The notes beneath the pieces were generated by a model, which was not told the DNA's origin, ran no database searches, and saw only the letters and a program-made list of their open reading frames with translations. DNA of 57,309 nt, filler included, from Squatina squatina (taxonomy: Eukaryota): assembly GCA_031763465.1 (NCBI GenBank). It is 3 parts of 3 records of this genome, joined end to end, with 100 filler letters (N's around TTAATTAATTAA, not from the genome) between each part and the next. Parts side by side here need not be neighbours in the genome. Positions count along the whole stretch, not along the records: positions 42,240 to 57,309 come from JARFOE010000234.1; 2 more parts are not named here. One strand, given 5' to 3'. Shown here piece after piece: positions 48,835 through 57,309 of this stretch; position 1 is the first letter of the stretch, and every line of letters starts with the position of its first letter. Position numbers and translations under genes: made by a program.

Positions 48835-49928
48835 TTTTCATTGAGCCTCAAGGGCAGGGTTGGGACGACATCTACATCTTCGCCCACCTTCGTCCTGGTC
48901 ATCAGGGTGCTCTCCCTCCTCCTCATCCACAGACGCATGCTTCTGTCCCCGCTGCTCATCCTCATCATCCTGGGCTTTGGGAACTTCATCCTCAGGATTA
49001 GGGGGAATAAGTGACAGTGCTCGCTTAACAGCGAGGTTTGCAACATGCAGCAGAGAACCCTAAACTTTGAGACCCACTCTGGCAAGTGTTGCAGCGAGCC
49101 CCCCGATCGGTCATGCAGCGAACCCTCATTTTCAGCAGACCAACGCTCTGCTCTATGATGTTGCGGGTGGGAGAGGTGGCACATCCAAAATAAGGTGAGG
49201 GAGGAGGCACCACCTGGAGATGATGATGCGCAGGCTGACCAAACACAACAGTTGCCAGAGCCACCAGAACCAGTGGTGGCACAGCCCAGGCTTTCTTTGT
49301 ATGCCAGCTCCCCTGCAATGGTGGAGATTCGCAACGGTGTCAGCAGCCATGTTTCTTGTGGATACACTTTGTCACCGATGAGCTAACCTTGCATGGAGTA
49401 GGAGATTGGGAACATCTCAGACATGCCGCTTTGCCTCACATTGAGCGAATGGTAGCACTTCCTATTGCAGAATACCTCCGGATTACGCAATGCTGCTCTG
49501 AGGGCTACGTGAGTGCAATTGATTGCACCCTGCACCTTGGGGAACTCCGCAATATTGGTGAATCCCAGGCCTTCCTCTTGCTGAACCTGCCATGTATAAG
49601 GGTATGAGATGTATTGCCTCCTTGTTCTGTACAGATCTGTCTAATGGAGCAAGGTACAGTGTAGTGGGAGATGTTGGAGATGCCACCGGTAGCGCCTTGA
49701 AAAGATCCATTTGCTTAAACATTGAGGGCAATAGTGACTTTTGCTGCCACAGATAGAACCATGAAAGCCCTGTTCTGAGGTTACAGGTCAGCCTGAAGCA
49801 CTTGGCACAGGTCGCTTATAGCCTCTTTCCTGAAGCCTTCAAAGACATTATTTTTCTGTCATTTGCAGTATTTTTGTCGGAAGACTCTGTGAGCATATCT
49901 TCTTCTATGTCCCCTTCCTCGCCGACCT
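48835..49928 (-). pseudogene. Harbinger transposase (DDE_Tnp_4/HARBI1-like) remnant
   Basis: GFTNIAEFPKVQGAINCTHVAL (about 49500-49566), GDKVYPQETWLLTP, TRNIIEQSVGLLKMRVRC and DRSGGSLQHLPEWVSKFRVLCCML, followed by an acidic tail; spread over several frames. Confidence 0.82.
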
Positions 49929-49929
49929 C

Positions 49930-50020
49930 TAGGAAACATAGAGACATAGAAGATAGGAGCAGGAGTAGGCCATTCAGCCCTTTGAGCCTGCTCCGCCATT
50001 CAATGAGATCATGGCTGATC
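49930..50020 (-). mobile_element. CR1/HE1-type 3' tail inserted in the Harbinger element
   Basis: Reverse complement of the tail at 2775-2850, ending in short (CATAGA) repeats. Confidence 0.8.
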
Positions 50021-50195
50021 NNNNNNNNNNNNNNNNNNNNNNNNNNNNNNNNNNNNNNNNNNNNNNNNNNNNNNNNNNNNNNNNNNNNNNNNNNNNNNNN
50101 NNNNNNNNNNNNNNNNNNNNTAAATTCTATGTAATTACTTGTCATGCATGCTGTATCCCTGCATATCCCTCAACCCGCGCCTTTTCTTAATGCAG

Positions 50196-50329
50196 GAGAA
50201 TCACCCACCACCACCGCCACCACCTCCCTCGAATGCTGCAGTTACCACCTCTGCTTCTAATGCTTCACGACCAACATTGGGACCAGCAGACCAGGTGGCA
50301 CATCCAAGACCTCAAGTGCGGCCAAGTAT
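50196..50329 (+). CDS. SH3RF1: SH3RF1 internal exon, 134 nt (proline-rich linker)
   Basis: ttaatgcag|GAG AAT...AGT AT|gtaagt. Encodes ENHPPPPPPPPSNAAVTTSASNASRPTLGPADQVAHPRPQVRPS(M); phases join both flanking exons. Confidence 0.82.
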
Positions 50330-50608
50330 GTAAGTAAGCTGATTTATTTATAGGCTAGATCAAGTTAGAAAAGGGTGCTTTTGAAATTTAATTTCCTCCC
50401 TTCCCTCTTTTTCTCATCGCCTACCCGTGGGGCTGACTTCCCCAAAGCAAGCTCCCAATGAGCAAAACTCCTTGCCCGTGTTCCCCGTTCGTGAATTGGC
50501 CGTCATGTTTCCATCAGGCAGTGCGAGCTTTAACACGGCTTTTTGCCTGTAATATATAGAATTTACAGCACAGAAACAAGCCATTTAGCCCAACCAGTCT
50601 ATGTTTAT

Positions 50609-50781
50609 ACAAAAGCAAAATACTGCAGATGCTGGAATCTGGAATAAAAGCAGAGAATGCTGGAAACGCTCACCAGGTCAGGCAGCGTCTGTGTAGAGAG
50701 AAACAGAGTTAACGTTGCAGGTCGATGATCCTTCGTCAGAACTGGAAAGTGTTAGAATTGTCGCAGGTTTTTAAGCAAAAA
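50609..50781 (-). mobile_element. Short Penelope-like repeat with a hammerhead-like core, flanked by a 14-bp target duplication; other copies at about 19555-19650 (+), 31338-31380 (+), 54745-54810 (+) and 55125-55222 (-)
   Basis: Direct repeats CAGTCTATGTTTAT (50595-50608) and CAGTCTACGTTTAT (50782-50795). Copies share CAGATGCTGCCTGACCTGCTGAG-like and GTTAACTCT blocks. The Penelope assignment is an inference. Confidence 0.65.
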
Positions 50782-51239
50782 CAGTCTACGTTTATGCTCC
50801 ACACAAGCCTCCTCCCACCCCTACTTTATCCCACCTCATCTCGTTCTATGTGCTTCGATTCCTGAGGAAGTTAGATGCCCACAAAGGAGTTTTGGAAAAG
50901 TTAAAGAGCATACAGTATTTTACATATTTTTGTGTTTAATAATACATTGTGTGTTATTCATCCATTGTCTTGTTTACTTTGTATATTCATGGTACTGTTC
51001 ACAATAAATCAGGATGTGCTGCTTTATTAGAACAGGAGCCTTCTGCCTTGTAATGCACAATGTATTTAAAGTCAAGGTGTGTGCCCCTTTCAAGCCACCA
51101 AATGTAATTCCTCTGCATTCTTCAAATAAATGCATTGATTACGGGTCAGACTGGAATTCATTCTGTTTTACAGCTCTACTGTCGTCCTTGACTCTAACCA
51201 CAGGCTCCTTTGACTGATAAATTTCATCTGTGCCTGTAG

Positions 51240-51410
51240 GTATGTTGCTTTGTATCCATACACTCCCCGCAAAGAGGATGAGCTCGAGTTGCGAAAGGGC
51301 GAAATATTTCTCGTGCTGGAGCGTTGCCAAGATGGATGGTTCAAGGGAACGTCTATGCACACAGGCAAAATTGGTGTTTTTCCTGGGAATTACATGGCTC
51401 CTGTAACGAG
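51240..51410 (+). CDS. SH3RF1: SH3RF1 exon encoding the third SH3 domain, 171 nt
   Basis: cctgtag|G TAT GTT...ACG AG|gtcagt. Encodes [56 protein letters not shown](R). Confidence 0.95.
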
Positions 51411-51477
51411 GTCAGTTCTGTGATAAAGAACCTAGTTTAAAGCATTATCATATTACATTGCACCACTGCACTTCTCT

Positions 51478-51830
51478 GTAGTGTAGTGGTCATGTTACTG
51501 GACTGCTGATCCAGAGAAAGTTTGTTCAGATCCCATCGGTTTGGGAATTTGAATTCAGTTTAATAAATTGAAATCTGGAAGTAAAAAGCTACTGTTGGTT
51601 TAAAAAAAAAAGTGACCATGAAGTTGTTGAAAACCCAACTGGTTCACTAACGTCCTGTAGGGAGGGAAACTTGCTGTCCTTACCCGGTCTAGCCTATATG
51701 TGACTCATAGCAAAGTGGTTGACTCTTAACGCCCTTCCGAATTAGCTTTGCAAAGAATAATAGGACCACATGGACTGTAGAAGGCACACCACCATCTTCT
51801 CGGCAACTAGAGACGCCCACATCCCGAAAA
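51478..51830 (+). mobile_element. tRNA-derived SINE (second family)
   Basis: A-box-like GTAGTGTAGTGG and B-box-like GTTCAGATCCC. Body shared with 22392-22580 and 55055-55125. Confidence 0.65.
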
Positions 51831-53454
51831 GGAGTTATAAAATAAAACTTGCGGATCTCCTGTGGCATAGCTCACGGCACATCAGAGGATACACATCTAT
51901 TTTATAACAATAGGGCTGTTGNNNNNNNNNNNNNNNNNNNNNNNNNNNNNNNNNNNNNNNNNNNNNNNNNNNNNNNNNNNNNNNNNNNNNNNNNNNNNNN
52001 NNNNNNNNNNNNNNNNNNNNNGATGGAGTGTTCAATGTCACCATCTCAGGATTCTGTGCTTACAATTGGTGAATGCTGGAGATTTCAAGCAAGAGGATAT
52101 GTCAGCTGCTTGGATTTTTGTTGGGTTTGCAGAGGTATACAAACAGCACAGTGAATGTTCACCAGTGACACGACTCCCGGTGTGTACAGTTTGTGTGATT
52201 CTTTACGAGTCACTCTGTGCCTTTCACTGTCATTCAGTCCGTCGTCAGCTATTTTTATTTCTCTACTGAATCAAAAACACCCTGGCACATGTAATGAAAT
52301 CAACTGTTTACAAAGAGGCTGTAATTAAGACAAAACTTTGTAACTTATTGGATTAGTTTTTTTTTAGTCTTTGATTCATCATGTAAAGTGAAAGTTCTAT
52401 CATGTCAAGTGTTGAAAGTTGTGATAATTTATAAGTGTTATTATCTGAGAGGGGAAGCTGGATTCTCTCCTCACGATTCAGTTCGACATAGTACCTCTTC
52501 TGCACACACCCCTCCCTTTTATGATCTTACTGAATGGTGGAGCAGGCTCGATTGGGGCCGAATGGCCTACTCCTGCTCCTGTTTCTTGCGTTTATCTCCG
52601 TTACTATTTTGCTGGTTTGTTGAATTTATCAAAAGTGTAATCGAGGACTTGTACGGTCTTGTAATGTTGTACGATGGTTCTGCGTGTTGCGGCCGGTGTC
52701 GGTAAGTAATGGTGTAAACCTGTAGTGTAAATTGCAGAGGTTTGGAAACTCGATTGTACTCTTGTACAAAAAGGCCCCACGGAAAGTAATGGCATTGAGA
52801 GAACCTCGATAGGGAAACTGTGAAGCGGTAGTACAAGACTGGAAAACAAATCGATGGAACAAAAGGAATTCTTCACTTTGTAACCACCCATTCTTAAATG
52901 CTCTTGCCATTCGAAGCATGTTTGATTGTGACTAAGGCCACTGGTTTGTGGCTTGCGCGGGAAAACATGGACAGGCTCGTAAAATACAATTCTCAAAACA
53001 CCGGCATAAGTGTCGGAGCCACGTAATAATAATTGATTTTGACTTATTCAGGCGCTGTAAACCAGTGGCTCATCCCCTCCCTTGTTCATGACCCCGACAC
53101 AGTAATTCAAACTGTGCATGCTGCCTATACTCTAAATGGCTACAGTGGACACTTTTGAACCCACAGTTCCCAGCTGTCCAAGGCCCGACCTGGGTCCTAT
53201 AGCTTTGGACCAGTATTACTCGACCACATNNNNNNNNNNNNNNNNNNNNNNNNNNNNNNNNNNNNNNNNNNNNNNNNNNNNNNNNNNNNNNNNNNNNNNN
53301 NNNNNNNNNNNNNNNNNNNNNNNNNNNNNCTCCAAAGTCAAGGCACGTTCTCACATCCAATTTTGCCACAGGTTACATTTGCAAGCAGTTCATATCTCTC
53401 TCCACCCACCACCTCACTTGCTCATGTCCAAACCTGTGAAGTGACTCCACTTAC

Positions 53455-53604
53455 CAGTGGGTTGGCCACCATGATGGTATAATTTCCATCATCATCGAGC
53501 GTGGCAGCTTCAGTGTGGAGGGAACAAGTGCCATCTGGCTCACGGCGAATCTGGTAGTGTTCACTGCGCTTGGAAATCTGTTTACCATCTTTGAACCAGT
53601 AGAC
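53455..53604 (-). CDS. PALLD: Palladin Ig-domain exon, 150 nt
   Basis: ccatag|GTC TAC TGG...CCA CTG|gtaagt. Encodes VYWFKDGKQISKRSEHYQIRREPDGTCSLHTEAATLDDDGNYTIMVANPL (palladin/myopalladin Ig3). Convergent with SH3RF1, as PALLD is in tetrapods. Confidence 0.85.
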
Positions 53605-53791
53605 CTATGGGGGGTGCGCGGGGGGAAGAAAACACAAGAGTAGATAATGAGTGCTGAAAAGCCAAGAATAGTGATTTCCCTCCGATACCTATACTACATT
53701 CATCCAGACATTAGAGGGAGGGGGAACAAGGAGTTGTCTATTGTGACAAAGACCATTCTGGATTGCACCACACAAGAACTTCGCCAATAAA

Positions 53792-53977
53792 TAGGGTGGC
53801 CAGATCTGAAGATTGCCAAACCGGGACAATCAGTTTGTATATGTGCAGTCAGGTCTCTGCCAAGGCTGCGCATGCACAGTTGAGTGAGCACAAAAAATTG
53901 GGACATTTGTGCAATTTTCAAACAATTGTTGGGTCACCGGGACGTTCGGTGAAAAACCGGGACGGCTGGTCATCTTA
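53792..53977 (+). mobile_element. hAT (Tip100-like) MITE
   Basis: Imperfect TIRs TAGGGTGGCCAGA / GCTGGTCATCTTA, subterminal CCGGGAC repeats and internal CTGCGCATGCACAGT. Confidence 0.7.
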
Positions 53978-55845
53978 CCACTGATGGAACTCCCGGGCAT
54001 TTTGTGTGTGGATGGCTAAGGGGGGAGGCCCCATGGATTACGTCGGGCCCTGCCAAGTCACTGCCCCTCCTGCAAACTCTGTCTCTGGGCGTTGTCAGAG
54101 ACCCAGGAGGTTCGAGACACACAACTAGCGCGCACAGGCCCTTCCCTTGCGACGTCAACACATCGTCANNNNNNNNNNNNNNNNNNNNNNNNNNNNNNNN
54201 NNNNNNNNNNNNNNNNNNNNNNNNNNNNNNNNNNNNNNNNNNNNNNNNNNNNNNNNNNNNNNNNNNNNACTTCCCTGCACTCCAAGCACACTGAGGTCAG
54301 CAGAGGAGGGCCGCTGGCCATCCTCAATGCCCCGCGGCTCTCCACTGGGCCACCAGCCTGGCACTCCAGTCTACGTGCCAGGTGAGGGAATGGTGGCCTG
54401 ATCAGGCCCTGGGCCGCCATCAGAGTCGGATGACAAATAAAGATGGCTGCTGCAGGCGCACATGCCCTCCCCTTTAAGAGGGCCATTGCAGCGACAGGTT
54501 TGGCTGTCAAAGCGCAAAGGGGGTTGGGGGTTGTGGCTGTGCAGTGCGGNNNNNNNNNNCCGACGCCCCCCCCCCCGCCACGGAATTCGCTGGGCTAGGC
54601 GTAAAGGCCTTTGCACCCCAGCTGAATTCCCCGGAAGGCAAGATGGCCGCCTCCTGGCACCATTTTGTGCTGTTTCACCCCATTAGCGCCCCTTGGAGGT
54701 ACTAACGGGGTGCAACAGGAGGCGATGAATTTCTAACCTAAACTCTCTCTCTCTCTCTCGGCAGATGCTACCTGCCCTGCCGAGTATTTCCAGCATTTTC
54801 CATTTTAATTTATGAATGTGAGACGCTGGCGGCTAGCCTCGCTCCCATTCTATTCAGCCCGAGACAGAACAAGCACCAAAATCGCGAGTTTAATCAAATG
54901 GCAAACATAGCACAGGCAACGCTGGTCCTTCAGGCTCTTGTCAAGCAACACTGAACCTTATCTCTTGTTCATTGTATGTTTACCTTGCAGGCCTTTGTCA
55001 AAGTGTCGTCAAGAGCTGAAAACGGGGGCAGTATGGAAAAGGAAAAAAAGCTTTTAACTTCAATTCAATTAAAAAAAAAATGCTTTTTTAAAATAAAAAG
55101 CTGGTGTTAGTAAGTGACCATGAAATGAAAACAGAATATGCTGGAAGCACTCAGCAGGTCAGGCAGCATCTGTGGAGGGAGAAATAGAGTTAACGTCTCA
55201 GGTCAATGACCTTTCGTCACCTGAATCCCTCAATGCTAGAATTCAAATGATACACTAAATAACCCAGTTTTCAAAAGTGATCCATTTTAAAAAAAGGTAC
55301 TAAAATAAAACATTATAGAAGCCCAACTCTAGATCTCTAATCTACTGATGTTCAGTTAATCCCCCTCTGCCTCAGAGTGTTGGATGCTGAATTTATCTTT
55401 ACAATAAATCAATGAAGGGGAAAAGATTGCCAGGGTTATGGGGCAAAGGTCAGGGGGAGTGAGACTAATTGGGGAGCTCTTTCAGAGTGCCTGCGCAGAC
55501 ACAATGGGCCGAACACCTTCGAAAAGGGCAGCAGTTACATCAAAAGTTGAAAATGTATTGCCATGTCCATAACACCAGATAGATGATTCACGAGAACATC
55601 CTCTAGAAGCTTGTATTTCTGCTCCGCATTGTTAAGGTAGCATTTAGTTCATGGTGCGAAAGTTAGCCATCTTGTATTTTAAAAAAAAACGAATTGAGGA
55701 GGTTCTACAATGGTCGATCAATACTTTCGAAAGACACCAATATGGTGCAGTCTCAATCCATTACCTGCAGAAAATCTTAAAGATCACAGACTGACAAGAC
55801 ACATTGTAGATGCCAATAAAGTGCCTTGAAGGCTTGCTTACTTAC

Positions 55846-56175
55846 ATTGGGATGGCTCCTTTCGGAAGGCCCAGAGCGTTGACAGGTGACACAATGGATT
55901 GTGACGGCAACATGGAGCTGAGGAAGGCGGCAGGTGATTGGCTGGAGTGAGGAGAGGCCCTACCAGCCGTGGGGGAGAGGTAGGGCAGCTGGGCTGGGGA
56001 AGGGAAAAGAGGTGGGGGCGGAGGAGGTAGAGGGAAAGGATCTTGAGCGAAGAAAACAGTGGGGCTGAGGGCCGGCGGTGGAGGAGGCAGAGGAGGAGAA
56101 GGCGGCGAGGAAGGGCTCCGAGCGGACGGGGGGGCAAGGCGCCGCTGCTCAACGTCCTCTAGATAGGGCTGCGAA
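55846..56175 (-). CDS. PALLD: Palladin proline-rich exon, 3' part (5' part in gap)
   Basis: ...FPLPPPPPPLFP...HSSQSPAAFLSSMLPSQ...VNALGLPKGAIP + AT|gtaagt. Matches the PALLD-specific SQTPAAFLSALLPSQ...VNALGLPKG segment, with Ena/VASP-type FPxPP motifs. Confidence 0.88.
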
Positions 56176-56863
56176 NNNNNNNNNNNNNNNNNNNNNNNNN
56201 NNNNNNNNNNNNNNNNNNNNNNNNNNNNNNNNNNNNNNNNNNNNNNNNNNNNNNNNNNNNNNNNNNNNNNNNNNNCCAAGAATGGTCACACATCCCCCTT
56301 TTTTGATTTAACAAAAAAAATTCTACCTTGTCTGCTACCATGACAACACCAGCAGTCTTCTGGGAAAGAGGTATGTTGCTTGTCTTGTACAGTTGCCAAT
56401 ATTTATTGCCAGGACAATCCTAACCTCAGTAGAAAAGGGTCTGGGGCTCATTTCCTTTCTTAAGACTGAGTGATGTTTAGTAAAGCAGTTCATTCAGTGA
56501 AAGGATGAAGGAAGGGGAGAGTTTTTTTTTAAAAAGACAAAACAAATCCCACAAAAACTGGATTGTTCCAAGACATAAAAGACTACAGCAGGCTCTTGGT
56601 CTTAACACACAGAGCCTTTGTCGATCGTGTGCCAATCAGTCCAAACTTCCAGCTACATTCACCTTTGTTGTGAGACATGCCTTTTGTGTGGAGTGTACTA
56701 CTGTACTTGGAGCACATAGTTAACGCTGTTGAATTGATTTATTTCTCGGCGAGCTCTTACTTGAAGCTGCGGTGCTCCAGAATGGCTTTAGCTCCATCCA
56801 TCGGGGTTAGATGAAGGAGGGGTGGGAAGAGGCTCACGTGGAGTGTCAACACTGGCGTAGACC

Positions 56864-57097
56864 GAGGGAGACCAGACGTCCCGGTTTTGCAGGAAGTGTC
56901 CCAGTGCCCCGAAACTTACCTCAAAAAGTGCTCAAACGTCCTGTTTTTTTTTCTTCGTGCCCACCTGACTGCACATAGTCCTGGCGAAAAACACACTGTG
57001 CATGCGCAGTCCCAGCGAAGAACAGACCGCGGTGGAGCTCAGACCGTGCATGTGCAGACTGATTGTCCCAGTTTGGGACACTGATCTAGTCACCCGG
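56864..57097 (-). mobile_element. hAT (Tip100-like) MITE with 8-bp TSD, nested in a CR1 3' tail (about 56800-57145, +)
   Basis: TIRs GAGGGAGACCAGA / TCTAGTCACCCGG. Flanking CGTAGACC (56856-56863) and CTTAGACC (57098-57105) match at 7/8. Confidence 0.78.
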
Positions 57098-57309
57098 CTT
57101 AGACCAGATGGGTCAAATGGCCTGTTTCTGTGCTGTAAATTCTAAGTCGTCAGCCCAGGGGCCTGCACATCACAAACTCGGTCTATCTGAACAGCTGGGG
57201 GATCACTCCTTCAATTGTAGGAAGATTTGCCAGCTGTGGTTGGACGTATTCCTGGAGGCTCCCTCATGACCTCCCGCCTCTCACCAGTCAAACAGCATCC
57301 CCTCCCCAA

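Larger units (their letters stand above)
46862..49928. mobile_element. Decayed autonomous-type Harbinger/PIF DNA transposon with two convergent ORFs
   Basis: Plus strand carries a Myb/SANT-like motif; minus strand carries HARBI1-like DDE transposase motifs. The right end is cut by a CR1 tail and a gap. Boundaries are approximate. Confidence 0.8.

Noticed and set aside
53455-53604. Assignment of the Ig exon to myopalladin (MYPN)
   Set aside because: The exon alone is ambiguous, but the neighbouring PALLD-specific proline-rich exon and the convergent SH3RF1 favour PALLD.

Overview
Vertebrate genomic DNA, very probably a cartilaginous fish (shark or ray). The SINE and LINE tails resemble the SacSINE1/DeuSINE and HE1/HER1 CR1 families, judged from memory rather than a search. 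The assembly is very fragmented, with dozens of mostly 100-N gaps. Two artificial spacers (44 N + TTAATTAATTAA + 44 N, at 23534-23633 and 42140-42239) split the window into three unrelated scaffolds. (1) 1-23533: IST1 (5' coding exons, minus), intronless SLC10A3 (plus, with an in-frame TAG near a gap), a CHST6/5-like sulfotransferase, one TMEM231 exon and ADAT1 exons (all minus). (2) 23634-42139: neurexin-1 (NRXN1) intronic DNA carrying the three splice-site-1 microexons (18, 30 and 12 nt), plus two large minisatellites. (3) 42240-57309: three SH3RF1/POSH exons (plus), a decayed Harbinger transposon and two PALLD exons (minus). The most notable observation is in IST1: its third coding exon exists as two intact, diverged 88-nt copies separated by only a 62-nt intron, with two UGCAUG motifs just downstream. 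This is the architecture of a regulated mutually exclusive exon pair. Also noted are hammerhead-ribozyme-like cores in a short Penelope-like repeat and a minisatellite grown from an NRF1-like palindrome inside a hAT MITE. All gene calls are by recognition of translated sequence and splice signals; no database search was run.
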